A stretch of 64,000 nt of DNA from Lingula anatina. Taxonomy: Eukaryota > Animalia > Brachiopoda. The DNA lies in assembly GCA_051362555.1 (NCBI GenBank), contig CM120646.1, forward strand, positions 8,742,001 through 8,806,000, given 5' to 3'. The notes under the pieces were generated by a model that saw nothing but the letters and a program-made list of their open reading frames with translations, ran no database searches and was not told the origin of the DNA. Made by a program: the position numbers and the translations under genes. This document shows, in pieces, positions 12,680 to 26,315 of the stretch; the stretch's first letter is position 1, and each line of letters opens with the position of its first letter.

Positions 12680-13495
12680 TTAATTGCAATATTAAACAAA
12701 ATTTACCTGCATAATTATCACTGCTTCGTTATAATTAATCTAGCAGAGAGCTTAACCTTTGGGAGTTTACAGGGAAATATCAACGAGTGTGCTTTATGTA
12801 ATCTCATTTAATGGCCTATTAATTTGGCAAATGACTTTATAACTCTTAAATTAGCCTAGTGATACCCAAGGGAAATTAACAGACTGACCCTCTCAAAGGT
12901 CTTCAGGCCCATATGTCACACCTTAAGAAAAGCACAAAACAATGATGCACAAAATAGGAGACTTACAATTCTGATGCAATAATACATTATGTGTAACTGC
13001 ACAGTCAACATCAAATTTTAATTATGCACAACAGGTAACACTGACGAAAGTAAAAACAAAAGGCTTCAGGCCCGTCAGAGTTCAAGTTTATACTTAGAAA
13101 GTGCCAGAATGAGAAAAATGAAAATTTCACAAAAAAAAAAAAAAAAAAAAAAAAAAAAACATAAATTTAATAAAAATGATAATCTAATAGAGCTGGTTTT
13201 CTAATATGAGCTGTATGTAAATCTTAAGAATCTTTCTTGTAAGACTAGTTGAAAAAATAGAAAGTAACAGTTTCTTTCCATAATGTTAATGGTGGCAGTG
13301 CTCAAAGTAGGTTTTTTGTCAATTTTGATGCAACATTACATAATGATTATAAATATATAAATACCAGCAATTTTTAAATATCTACTATTAAAAACATGTA
13401 CATTCAGAAAATTTGATTACCACTGGGCTTCATGCCCAAGGGAGCTGTAAGTCCCACATTGAAAATTCCAGTATGTGAAAGATAAAAATTTTCAC

Positions 13496-13526
<31 letters not shown>

Positions 13527-15115
13527 ATAACTTCCAGAAAATAAACTAATGAGACAGATTTTCCAACTGAGGCTGTATTTCAGTCCTACATTTCTTTCCT
13601 TTAAGTGTGAAAAGAGCAAGTGACATGGTTTTCCTTTCACGGTCACTACGGAGGCAGTGCCCAGAATAGGGTTTTGTTCAATTTTGATGCAATATTACAC
13701 AATGCTTAACAGCATAATAACCATCAGTTTTTTAATGATAAAATAAAACTATCATGGATATTCAGAAAATGTGTCTAGGCCATAGAGTTCAGAGTCACAC
13801 TTTGAAAATCCCAAAATCTAAACAAGGGAAAACTGTATTGAAAAGAGTTTATTTCCATTTTCTACACCTTTTTCACATAAAACAAAATAATTGATTTACT
13901 GTCATTTTTATATGATCAATTAAAAAATATGTTGTCAAAGGAAAAATATCAATAGAACAAATTTATGTCCAACTTGCTCCATTCTGAGATTCTTAACTAA
14001 TGATATGAGTTCCTTTCCATTTTTGACACTTTATTACACAATGCACAATAAAAGGTGTACCGTCATTCTTAGGGTCTATTCCCACAACTTTAGATCGATC
14101 TATCACCGCGGGGAGTCTCACTAGATTACTGTCAGATAATCCGCCTTAAGTTTCCGTCCCGCGTACTACAAGCTGGAAGGAATTAACTTTCGTGTCCGCC
14201 CGGCTGACAGCTATTTAGCGTGAACCCCCAGGGAGTTAGGTCGATCTAAAGTAGGTCGATCTAATCTATGGAAATGGGGTGTATATAATCAACTAACAAT
14301 ATTGTTAAGAAGCAGAAAATGTCAAAACAACACTTTTACATATCTAATTAGTTCCATAATGAGACTGTTAACATGCCTAAGAATTAAATCTGAAGAAAAA
14401 CCACTTATATACAAAAAAGCTAATAACTTCATCAAAACTTGACTGATCATGCTTATTTTCAAACTTGATCTGTATACTAGTCAGACTAATCACTCCTGTG
14501 AGCTGCAAGACAAAAGGGTGATTGGTTTTCCTTAAAATGCGTTATCAGTGTTGCATAATGGAATAATGGAAAAAAACAGCATAACTTTAAATTTGTAAAA
14601 ATAGTCCAATCAAGCCAATTTTCAAACTTGACCTGTGTATTATTAATATTCATCAGTTCTGTAAGTTTCAAGCCAAAAGGTAAAATGGTTTTCCACTTGT
14701 TTTTGGTGCTGCATGTATGCTGAAAAAAGTGAAAAAACAGCATAACTTCCCTAAAAATGGCCTGATCATGCTGATTTTTGAACTTGACCCGAGTATTATG
14801 AATATTCATCAGTTTTGTAAGTTTCAAGCCAAAAAGTAATATGGTTTTTCACTTATCGTGTTATCGGTGTTATAATAATGCTAAAAAAGTGAAAAAACAG
14901 CATAACTTCCCTAAAAATGGCCCGATCATGCTGATTTTCGAACTTGACCTGTGTATTATGAATATTCATCAGTTCTGTAAATTTGAATACAAAATGTAAA
15001 ACGGTATTCTACTTATCGTGTTTTCGCTGAGTGCACAGCGACGGCCTACGGGGACGGCGACGACAGACGCAGGTGACGGCTACATGTACAGACACATCTG
15101 TGTCTGTACATAAAA
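12080..15115 (-). mobile_element. Helentron-like family A copy (3' end missing)
   Basis: Reverse-complement homology to the 2329-8008 element; 5' hairpin TGTACAGACACATCTGTGTCTGTACATAAAA near 15085-15115; contains family C, (TA)n and a family T MITE. Confidence 0.75.
14072..14280 (-). mobile_element. Family T MITE inserted in family A
   Basis: Absent from the homologous family A site near 47520; TTA flank on the left. Confidence 0.75.
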
Positions 15116-16021
15116 AAGAGAGAGTCTAAACTGACATTTTGCAAGATTTGAAAAGTATAGCATATACCTTATTATTTGAGCTAAACACCATAATAACACC
15201 ATACGAAAGGACTTAAAAACTGAAAATTACATTTTTTTTTCTCTACAAAAACTGCCATTTTCGAATTACTTGAATGTGGTGCCATAACAACATGAAGAAC
15301 ATGTGAATTGATTGAAAGGTATGTGTTTTATTTTCATTTAGTGCTTGAAACACACGAATGCAAAGTATTTTCTTTGAAAAAAATCAAAGATTAGTCGAGG
15401 TGTGTGAGCGTCATATCTGTCATGTTACAATGTATGTAGACTATGTACGAGTACGCTCATATTTTTTTTAGTAGAACCAAAGCTGAAGATTTATTATACT
15501 TAATAAATGTACTTATTTATTTTCTTCATAAGATTCTCCAGAGAAGGCTCATAATATTGGGGGCAATGCAAACTGTCGGTTTCAGGACCCCAGACCAACC
15601 AACTACAGTAGAGCAGGATACAATGATTACTTCCAGGAATCTGACCTATCACTTCACATCATTGTCAAAGATTGATGTAGCCACCAGATATGCCTACCTT
15701 AAAGCCGACTTGCAGGCGGCAGTGGTGGCTCACGATTATTGCCAAGTGCCACGGATAAAATAAAGCGTTGATAGAGGGAATGATGTAAGTGAAAACAGAG
15801 GTCTAATATGAAGAATCAGGCCCCGTATGCACAAAACATCTTAAGTGTATTTTTTTAAGAATTTCCCTAAGAATTTCCTTAAGTGATCATCCTTAACATA
15901 AGTGGTATGCATAAAGCATCTTAAGATGAGAATTTCCCCAAATATCTCCTTAACTTTAAGGTACCTCATTGGGTCTCTTAAGTGGAAATTTTGTCCTCAG
16001 ATTCAGTGACTGTACAACACA

Positions 16022-16831
16022 GTGGCAGTTTTCATTACCCTAAGGTTCTATGCCTGTGGGAGCTTTCAGCAAGTTGTTGCAGATACAATTAGAATACATC
16101 AGAGTACTGCTTGTCGAATCATTCACAGGGTTACAAATGCTCTCCTAAGACATATCAATGAATTTGTGAGATTTCCACCGAACAATGAACTTGCAGCTGT
16201 CAAAAACACATTCTATGAGATAGCCCATTTCCCAAACGTTATAGGAGCAGTAGACGGAACACATGTGAAAATCATATCACCACATCAGTATGAGGCAGAT
16301 TATGTCAACCGGAAGAATTTCCATTCCATAAATGTACAAGTGATAAGTAATGCCAGGAGGAGATTTACAAACATAGTGGCAAGATGGCCAGGGAGTACTC
16401 ATGATTCTCGTATACTTCGTGAGAGTGAAGTTGGAGATGCATTTGAAAGGAGAGCCCATAATGGAATACTTCTGGGGGACAGTGGATATCCCTGCAAGTC
16501 ATGGATTTTGACCCCCTATCTGAATCCACAAAATCCAGCTCAACAGAGATACAACAATGCTCAAACCAGGACTCGGTCTTCAACTGTAGAATGTACAATT
16601 GGAATTTGGAAACGAAGATTCCGTTGCCTTTATGATGAGATTCGTTTACAACCACTTAAAGCATGCCGCGTCATTGCAGCTACTGCGATCTTGCATAACC
16701 TGGCCATGGACATGAATCTTCCAGATTTCGATGATGAAGGGATTGATATCCAGCCTGAGGTTGATCCAGTACCTAATAATGGGCCTGACAATGCTACCAG
16801 AGAACGTTACGTTCAGCAGTACTTCCAGTAA
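16022..16831 (+). CDS. Harbinger (HARBI1-like) DDE transposase, N-terminus apparently deleted
   Basis: LRFYACGSFQ, GAVDGTH, RKNFHSINVQ, WPGSTHDS, LLGDSGY, VECTIGIWKRRF, ILHN. The D-D-E residues are intact, but there is no ATG and only ~200 bp separate the ORF from the TIR. Confidence 0.9.
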   Translation: MAVFITLRFYACGSFQQVVADTIRIHQSTACRIIHRVTNALLRHINEFVRFPPNNELAAVKNTFYEIAHFPNVIGAVDGTHVKIISPHQYEADYVNRKNFHSINVQVISNARRRFTNIVARWPGSTHDSRILRESEVGDAFERRAHNGILLGDSGYPCKSWILTPYLNPQNPAQQRYNNAQTRTRSSTVECTIGIWKRRFRCLYDEIRLQPLKACRVIAATAILHNLAMDMNLPDFDDEGIDIQPEVDPVPNNGPDNATRERYVQQYFQ

Positions 16832-17211
16832 GGGTAAGCATAAATCCATGTTCAAAAGATACATTTTATTTTTAAACAAACTTGAAAACAATGGCTAAAT
16901 ATATATTATCGCCATTTCCAATGGCACTGTGTACATCAATGTTTATCTGACTCAAGTGTAATACATTTGAAACACATAAATAGCAGTGGTTCAACCTGAT
17001 GTAGGATAATCTTTTTATGGAATGTACCAAATTTTAATTTAAATAATAACAAAAAAATATATGTCACACTTTCCAGCAATGACCTTATGTTGTCAGCATA
17101 TGAACAACTGCAGTAAAAATAATTATAAAAGGATTGCTTCACTGATCTGATGCAAATGTTATGATTTGATTGTCAGTATTTCTGATATAAATATTTTGAG
17201 GCACGTTAGAG

Positions 17212-19494
17212 TTACATTTGTCTATAGGTGTTGGAAGTTGTACTGTACATATTACTACAGCTGTTGCCTTTGTTGGAATCCCCAAACTGGGCAATCTGTT
17301 GTTGCTGCTGTTTCCACTGATCTTGTTTCTTCTGCTTCAATACTTCTATTTCCAAGGATAATTTATCGATTTCCAACTTAAGCTTCTTTTGCTCCAGTCC
17401 AAGTTTTTCTTTTTCAGCCTGGAGAACCTCTTTGTGAAGGGTGTGAATTTCCACCACTGTATCTGAAGTATCCACTACTTTACGCTTCCGGATAACTGGA
17501 ACTATTGCTTCATTTGGAGTAGGACATCGACTTGATGTTGGAGTGGAAGTAGGGCAGCCAGTGGAAGATGGACTAGGGCTTATTCTGGGCAGCCTTCAAA
17601 AGAAAATAAATATTGTGCATAAGGATTTTTCATCAAGTTGCATGAGCAGCAGCTACTGCTTTTTTTCTTTTTTTTTTACTTTTTCACATGAAGTAATAAT
17701 AAACGTAACATTTTGCTATGCTACAACACAAACGTTATGTTTATACTGTAATTTGAAACATAAAGTAATTATCAAGTGTGGTGGTTCAATTTTGAGAGAA
17801 GGATTTATGTGGGAATTTTAAAACTAAATGTAGAAAACTTCAGTCAAATCAAAAGAGATCCATAAACAGCTTTAACCTGTCACAACTGGTAGCCCTTGGC
17901 CATCACATTGAGTAGATTGTAATTCATTTCATCATAATTAACATCATTTCCATGACAAGTTGTATTTCAATTATTCTTGGAAAATATTTTGATATTGATA
18001 TCCATACCATGACATATTTTCATCAGAATCAGCTGGAATTGGGAAGCTGCTTTCAACCTCCTCATCAGCATTTGCTGGCTTATGTATTGCAGGAGTCATT
18101 TCTATTTCTAATCCAGACTCGATACCAAATTCTTGTCCTCCCAACGATGGTGAGTCTTCTCCGAAAACCTCCCATATTTTTTTTTTGTGAGAGCAGGCAG
18201 TTCACGTGGTGGTGGACCACCTCCTGAAATGAAAGCGAATATATGCATGGGTCTCCAACCAAATACATTTGTGATTTGTCGTTCTGTTAAGGGATTACTA
18301 AAGTGAAAAATTTTGAGTGGGCACTTTTTAAGATATGTTGCTAATGAAATCCCTGAAAACCACCTGATAACACGGAATCTCACACATCAATGCTTATTCA
18401 ATAGGTATTAAATATGTGCATACGTGGGGTCAATAGTGAAATTAATAATTAAAATTAATATAAATATTATGAATTACATGCCACAATTTTTCATCACAGA
18501 TAACACTTAAAATATGTAAGTTGATGTTATGTAAATGGCCATAGTCATGAAATAAGTATATGCTGGCCTAATTTCTTTTTTAGGGCCCATGAAAAATGTT
18601 ACTTTATCATCCCCGGCTGCATTACCTTTTCTGCTCACATAAAAAAATTATAATGTAAATTTTCCCCATCGAATGTGCACCTTATGCACAAAAAGTTAAA
18701 CAGACTCTCCCTGTACTAAGAGTACCTCTTACTGCAATTTATGTTACTACTAGCTTTGCTCATGGCACGTTCCATGTTTAAGTGTATGTAATGACGGTCC
18801 GGAGGGCATCGTTGGTTAAATTTAATGTGTTTTTGTATGAACAAAAAATACGCTCTACTGAATCACTTCTTGTAGGTGACAATGATGATAAACTAATATT
18901 TTTTGGGCCTGAATTATGAATTATCGCCGATAAGGGAGATGGGTGCACATGTATCATCCAATAAGAGATAAAACCTTTTGCTAAAATGTAATTATGTCAC
19001 TGGATTATTATTATTAGTGTTAATTAGGTCTGGGGATTTGATGGCATGCCTCTTTTTCTGTCAGAGTATGAAGAATACTAGGCCTACACAAGAAGTTACA
19101 ACTTCTTGGCCTACACGATTGATATCTCAACTCTTCTAATAATAACTGATAGGCCTATAGGCTATTAGCAAATGTAGGCTATAATGTGGACAAATAAAGC
19201 ATTGGCATTTCACTCACCGGTTTTCCTCAGTTCCTTTTTGTAATCGATGATGTCCTTTTTTGCACCTGAAAGGAGGTTGTCCCACTTCTTTTTGACACTT
19301 TCGATGTCTCTCTTCATATCAGGATTGTGCTGGTTTACACCATTCATTACTTTGGTCCATGCATCTTTTTTGGCTTGTGCTGTGATCTTAGTAGAGAATC
19401 GTCCCCTGAGTATGTGTTTCTGCTTTAAAAATTCCTCAACAAGTACCTCTTTCTCCTCACAACTCCAATTGGGCCCTCTTTTCTTATCTGCCAT
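17212..19494 (-). CDS. Harbinger Myb/SANT-like DNA-binding protein, 3 exons (19494-19218, 18223-18008, 17593-17212)
   Basis: MADKKRGPNWSCEEKEVL...KKDAW...KKKWDNL...KTG|GGPPP with a coiled-coil C-terminus. GT-AG junctions have compatible phases; one frameshift lies in a 10-nt homopolymer at 18177-18186. Confidence 0.85.
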
Positions 19495-20360
19495 GTTTGA
19501 GGCACATGCAACACAGTGTATAAGTTTAATACACACCAATGTGCTTGCTCATCTCATTTCCAAGTAAAGGATTCCTTCAAACATGGATTCCCCAGGAATT
19601 CCCCAGTGTGAGCTATTGTAACAGGCAATTCTATTGGTCAATGCACAGGCTAAACATAGCTCAACACATAAGAGAAATCCTACAGAGTTGAGGAAATTCC
19701 TATTATTTGAGAAAATTCTTGGCTTAGGAAATTCTTAAGGCACTTTATGCATACCACTTAAGGGGTTTCCTCAGCTAAGAATTTTCTTATGAAGTTAAGG
19801 AGAATTTTTCACTTAAGATAAGGATTTTTTGTGCATACGGGGCCAGACAATTATCAAACTAGATGATGTGTGCCATCATAGAATTATAATATTGGATTGA
19901 AACTAGTTAATGATGTACAATCTTCCATGCTTTAATGGGACATGAATATTTCAGGTTGAGGTACAAACAGCAAGGACACTGAGGGTAGCACGTTACAACT
20001 AGGAAAGAGCACAATCTGGCACAGTGAGAGACAATGGCGGATCATTGCTTCCAGATTTGGAGAGATAATGGCAGCTACAGAGAAGAACAAACTGTTTGAG
20101 TCATTTTTGTGTCCAAAACCATTGCAGACACATGAGTTGGTCCCAGACCTGATTTCCCCTTTTTGTAATGTGTATCTGGTGCTCTGCACCTAAAGAAAAC
20201 ACACAAATACTATACTCAGTTACAAAGCCAGATGTTCATTACAAATCGCTCATTCTGCTATTTTGTTGTGTTTACATGCAAAGATCTGTTTGTGGAGGTG
20301 ATGCATTCTGACACTGGATATTTTTCGACATGCATTTTGCCAAGGCGCACTTTATTTGAT

Positions 20361-22728
20361 GAACAAGGCAGCAAAGCTGTCAAATGTACAGACAAAAAGC
20401 AGGAAAAAACAAAATAGGGTACTGTCAATTCTGACGCAAAAGTATATTATGTTAAACTGCAAATTCAACATCAAATTTTAATTATGCTCAACAGGTAATT
20501 CCAATGTAAGTAAAATGTGTAACAAGCATAAGGCTTCAGCCCCATAGGAGTTCAAGTTCACACTCTGAAAATGTATAACTTCCAGAAAAAGAAGTCAATT
20601 AGACTGCTTTTCCAACTCAGGCTGCATTTTAGTCCTGTATTTCTTTTTTGAAAGTTTGGCAATCATAAGTAACATGGTTTTCCCATAATGGTTTTCATGG
20701 CAGCAGCACCCAAAATTGTGTGTTCTTCTATTCTGATGCAATATTACATAATGGTTAACAGCATAATGACAATCAATTTATAATAATAAAATAAAGGTAT
20801 CATGGATTTTCAGAAAATGTGACTAGCAAAGGTCTTCATGCCCATGGAACTTCAAAGTGACACCTTGAATATGCCAAAATAAAAACTAGACAGCACTGTT
20901 CTGAAATGGGTTTATTTCCATTTTTAACACTTTTTTATATAAAATGAAATAAACAGTTTACTGCCATTTTTATATGATCAACTAAGAAAATTGATGACAT
21001 GGGACAAATATCAATAGAACTGTGGCAAATGTCCAATTTCCTCCATTCTGACATTCTGAACATAGTAAATGATTGAATCTGACTGATATGAGTTTTTTTC
21101 CATTTTTGACACTTTATTACACAATACACGATAACAAGTTTACCATCATTTCTACATAATCAACTAACAATGTTGTAAAGATGCAGGAAATGTCAAACAA
21201 ATACTTTTATGTGTCTTATTAATTAAATAATAAGACTGTTAACATGCCTAAGAATTGAATTTGAGGAAATGTGAAAAAACGGCATGACTTCTAAAACAAT
21301 GGCCCGATTATACTCATTTTCAAACTCAACCTGCATTTTAGTAAGATTGACCACTCCTGTGAGTTTAATGACAATTGGTCTATCTGTTTTTCTTATATTG
21401 TGTTTACAGTGTTGCATATAAGCTAAAAAGTGAAAAAACAGCATAACTACTAAAATAGTGGCCCGATCATGCCGATTTTCAAACTTGACCTGCGTTGTAG
21501 TAAGATTGATTACTCCTGTGAGTTTCATGACAACAGGCCTATCGGTTTTCCTTAATATGTGTTTACAGGGTTGCATATATGCTGAAAAGTGAAAAAAAAG
21601 CATAACTTCTACAATAATGGCCCGATCATGCTGATTTTCGAACTTGACCTGTGTTTTATGAATATTCATCAGCTCTGTAAATATAAAGCCAAAAAGTAAA
21701 ACTGCCTTCCACTTATCGTGTTTACAATGAAAGTGCACGGCGTCAGCGCTGGCGATGACGGCGACGACAGACGCAGGTGATGGCAATATGTACAGACACA
21801 TCTATATATATATATGTACTGTACTGTTTGAGAACAGTAAGTGACATGGTTTTTTTAAATGGTCATCATGGGAGCAGTGCCCAAAATAGGTTTTTTTCAA
21901 ATTTTGATGCAATATTACATAATGTTTAACAGCATAATGACCATCAATTTTTAATAATAAAATATTAGTATCATGGATATTCAGAAAATGTGACTAGCAA
22001 AGGTCTTCAGGCCCATGGAACTTCAAAGTCACAACTTGAAAATGCCAAAATGTAAATAAGACAGAACTGTTCTGAAATGTTTTTTTTTCCCATTTTTAAC
22101 AATTTTTAACATAAAACAAAATTAACAGTTTTCTGCCATTTTTATATGATCAACTAAGAAAATTGATGAGATGGGAAAAATATCAATAAAGCAGTGTTAA
22201 ATGTCCAATTTCTTCCATTCTGAGATTCTGAACATAGTGAATGATTGAATCTGACAAAATGCAATGATATGAGTTTATTTCCATTTTTGAAACTTTATTA
22301 CACAATACACGATAACAAGTTTACCATCATTTTTACAAAATCAATTAACAATGTTGTAAAGATGCAGGAAATGTCAAACAAAAACTTTTACGTATCTTAT
22401 TAGTTTAATAATGAGACTGTTAACATGCCTAAGAATTGAATCTGAGGAAATGTGAAAAACATGCTGAAAAGTGAAAAAACAGCATAACTTCTACAATAAT
22501 GGCCCGATCATGCTGATTTTCGAACTTGACCTGCGTTTTATGAATATTCACCAGCTCTGTAAATATAAAGCCAAAAAGTAAAACTGCCCTCCACTTATCG
22601 TGTTTACAAGGAAAGTGCACGGCATCGGCATCGGCATCGGCATCGGCATCGCCATCGCCATCGGCATCGGCGACGACAGACGCAGGTGATGGCAATATGT
22701 ACAGACACATCTGTGTCTGTACATAAAA
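20361..22728 (-). mobile_element. Two tandem Helentron-like family A copies
   Basis: 3' end at 20361; 5' hairpins near 21790-21803 (truncated by TA repeats) and 22697-22728; microsatellite variant (GGCATC)n at 22621-22670. Confidence 0.75.
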
Positions 22729-22834
22729 ATACTATAGGAAGTATGTGGCAGCTAGTTTGTAGAAAGTATGAAATGGTAGGAGATTGCTTAGCTGCAATCA
22801 CAATTTTGAAGTGCCTTTTTGAAAAACGTAGCTA

Positions 22835-23215
22835 AAATGAAATAATTTGGTGGTGCAATCTTTAAAAGCGTTTTTAGTGCAATGAAATAATTTGATGATG
22901 TTATATTATTTACAATACAGAACAAATATGGTTAAGCTGTTTTTTTCATGTTTTTTTACCGTAATAAAGTAATTTGGTGGTGCTATATTCTTTACAAAAA
23001 AGTACTTATGTGGTTATGCTGTTTTTAATAATATTTAACAGTAATGAAAAAAAAATTCTATGATACTATTTTGTTAAGTATTTTTGGTGGGATGAAATAA
23101 TTTGGTAGTTCTATTCTATTCTGCAAATAATTTGATTTTGCTGCTTTTTTAATGAATTTTCAGTGATGAAGTATTTTGGTGGTTCTGTTCAAGTAAAATA
23201 ATTCAGAAGTGCTAT
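22835..23215. repeat. Degenerate minisatellite
   Basis: Recurring AAATAATTTGGTGGTGC-like motif at irregular spacing. Confidence 0.5.
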
Positions 23216-23217
23216 AA

Positions 23218-23266
<49 letters not shown>

Positions 23267-24229
23267 GTTCATTTGTAAAATGTTTACTTACTTTAAATTT
23301 TATTTCTCGAACTGTAACAAAAAGTTTTCCAAACCTGCAGTATTCCACTGGCTGAGAAATTGCAGCTATACATTCAGGAAAGTTGGTGCACAAATAAATT
23401 ATCTAATTATTACATAGTTTCATGATTCTTACTGTGGACTAAATAATTTTTTTTAAATAAAAAAATTATTATTTTATTTAACATTGCCTGTCAACCTCAT
23501 TAAATCAATACAAAAGGATATCACTTATAATAATACAACCTTATGCAGGTAGTACCGGTACTTTTGCATATTTACTGACAATATCTCTTCTGAAATTGGA
23601 CGTAAGAAAATGCACTTTGATTATCATACCTCCTATGCACTTTCTCGCTATGGAGCTCTCTTTTCAAAATTTTGTAAGTTTTGCTAAGATCAATAAACCT
23701 TTCTATGTGTATTCATTTTGAGGCAACTCGTCTATCTCTAATTACTGTGCCTGGGTCAAGTTGTGACTGGCCATTTAACATGGAAAGGTGTGTTGATATG
23801 GACAACACTCAACTTCAAACAAAGCCCTGAATCCTCAGAAAAATTATGGCCACCTTGCCGACTTTGACATTCAGGTACACAACAATACTGAGGCATGTTT
23901 ATTATGAGCAGTGTCACAGTCCCACATGTGTTATTTCAAAATGGCGACTGTGGAAGGACTGAATTCACACTAGCGACACCTGGCGCCAAGCGGGCTGTTA
24001 TACCCCATTGATCGCAAGTTTCATGGAGCAAAGTTTTACCCAAATGCAGTGGTATGAACGATATCAAAAATTCAAAATACATAACACCTCATGTAAATGT
24101 AACCCCCACAGGCACGCACACACAAGACTGCACATCATATTCTACTACGTACAACTGTATTATATGTTGTCATGCTGATTATCGCAGGCAAAACTAAAAG
24201 AATAATTCACAAGTATTCGTTCAGAGTAC

Positions 24230-24459
24230 AAAGTAGGTTTTTCATCAATTTTGATGCAATATTAAAGGGATAATAACTCTTCGTATGAGGTCTATATTTC
24301 ACAATAAAAACAATGTGAATAACTCACAGAAAAATAATATATTCTGTTTTAAGACAAAAACAGCAGTTATAGCTATTATTCTGATATCTGAGCTTGTCTT
24401 CAGACCACGTGACCTCCATTGATGGCTATACTCTGTTATAATCTCTTAAGAGATCTTTA

Positions 24460-24494
<35 letters not shown>

Positions 24495-25430
24495 TTTTAG
24501 AAAAAAACCAGGGACTAACTTTGAATGTAAAAATGGATTCATTAACCATTGGTAAGTATGGGAAAATTGTAGTTTACTCTAAGAAAATTTATTTTTTGAC
24601 CAAAACGAAGAGTTATTATCCCTTTAATTTATGATTAACAGCATAATCACCACCAATTTTAACCATCTACTATACCTAACATGGACAATCAGAAAAGTTA
24701 CTACATGCACTATTTGGGAGTTCCAAGTCCCACACTGAAAATGCCAATATGTGAATTATGAAAATTCCAAAAAGAACTGCACTGCTTCCAGAATAAAATG
24801 CAATCAGACTGTTTTTCCAATTCAAGATGTGTTTGAGTCCTATGTTTATTTTCATTAAGTTTGATAATTATCACTGGCATGGTCTTTCTGCAGTGCCCAA
24901 AATAGGGTTTCTTCAATTTTGATGCAATATTACATAATGCTTAACAGCATAATCATCACCAATTTTTAACTATGCACTGCAGGTTACTAAGATATTTAGA
25001 AAACGTAACTAGCAAAGGTCTTCAGGTCGATGGAAGTTTAAAGTCACAATTTGAAAATGCCAATATGTGAAAAAGACACACTTCTAAAAAAAATGCATTA
25101 AAATAAGGCGATCAAGCAGGCGTTTGAACTTGACCTGTAGTTAAGTAATATTGATCATTCCTGTAAGTTTGAAGACAATTAATCAACCATTTTTTCCCTT
25201 AGTGTGTTCTCTGCATTGCATATATGCTAAAAAGAGAAAAAAAAAAAAAACGTATAACTTTTGTAAAAATGGTCTGATCAAGCTGATTTTTAAACTTCAC
25301 CTGAATTTCATGAATATTAATCAATTCTGTGAGTTTGAAGACAATAAGTGAAACAGTTTCCACTTATGTTATCTCTGAAAATCGTAAGGGGCCGATGATG
25401 ATGGCCACAACATGTGTCTGTACATAAAAA
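24230..25430 (-). mobile_element. Degraded family A copy
   Basis: Family A internal blocks (TTTTGATGCAATATTACATAATG) and 5' GTCTGTACATAAAAA near 25430. Confidence 0.6.
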
Positions 25431-26315
25431 CTGATTTATTATCCTTCCTCTGCACACCTGCCATCTGCTCTTAATCCTCTTTCCATTGAAATGTAGGATT
25501 TGCTCTCTGTCAAGAATACGTCCTTTTTGAAACATTTAGATTATGGTAATTTTACACCTTCAGTAACAATCCAACAACTGTGCACACTCTTGTATGCACA
25601 GGCCTTGAGTGTTTAAAAATTTTAAAAGGTTAGAAAAGGGATATAGCTGATCTATTGAAGAGTTTTATGAGCCTGTCAAAAGTTCGAAAATCTTGCCCCA
25701 TTCTTACCACAATGAAATGTACAGCTGGCTACAAGTCAAGAAGAAGGCCATCATCAATGAAAACTACAAAATCCTTCACTGCAGGGGTTGAGTATTTGGA
25801 CTATCATTTTCCTACTGCATGTCACCTAGATGTTAGAAAAGCTACTGAATGAGCCATAGTGTAGTATAATGTAAAATTTCCGCACATCATAGTGGACGAC
25901 TGGTGATTTTTTAAATCTTAATTTGTGTATGCTTCTTTATCAACCCTATATACAAATGCTTCCAAAAATATGTATATACAAAGAAGAGTTCTTACAACAA
26001 AATTTCTAAAGTTGGCAGACAATGTGAATATTTTCATTCTTTGGCTGATTCACCAGTGACAGATTTACCTTAATTACAAATAATGCAACAGCCAGTTATT
26101 AATATACACGATTTAGAGCACAACACACAATTATACAATTGTTACAGTTTGAAGAAGAACATGTGCTTACAGTATATGAGAAGACAGAGATGCATCAAAC
26201 CATTCATTTTTTAGCTTGGCAAGTTTTATAGTTTGGTAAAACACATGTAATAGACATTTCTCTGAGGTAAAACGAACCCTTTCACTGCCTCTGGGGCACC
26301 AAGGAATTTGTTACA

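Larger units (their letters stand above)
15820..19843. mobile_element. PIF/Harbinger DNA transposon (~4.0 kb) with two convergent genes
   Basis: Perfect 17-bp TIR GCCCCGTATGCACAAAA; CAG TSD at 15817-15819 and 19844-19846; subterminal CTTAAG arrays; transposase on +, Myb/SANT gene on -. Confidence 0.95.
15533..20150 (+). pseudogene. Decayed YqaJ-like exonuclease gene (Kolobok/ISL2EU-type accessory ORF) split by the Harbinger insertion
   Basis: Left part SPEKAHNIG...DPRP...YNDY/RNL...RYAYLKADLQAAVVAHDY; right part STIWHSERQWRIIASRFGEI matches the W...R..RITAS..G motif. Frameshifts and stops present. Confidence 0.65.

Noticed and set aside
19932-20189. Minus-strand 85-aa ORF with a good acceptor as an extra ANKMY2 exon
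   Set aside because: It lies beyond the ANKMY2 stop codon and is the antisense of the YqaJ-like relic.
21223-21801. 192-aa ORF and related MCLYILPSPASV/QVKFENQHDRAI ORFs
   Set aside because: Chance frames through family A tandem units; stops and frames differ between copies; no recognisable domain.
23220-23264. Long poly-A runs (also 10446, 13129, 24461, 56372, 60654) as retrocopy tails
   Set aside because: No upstream processed-gene body or TSD; several are expansions of short A-tracts within known repeats.
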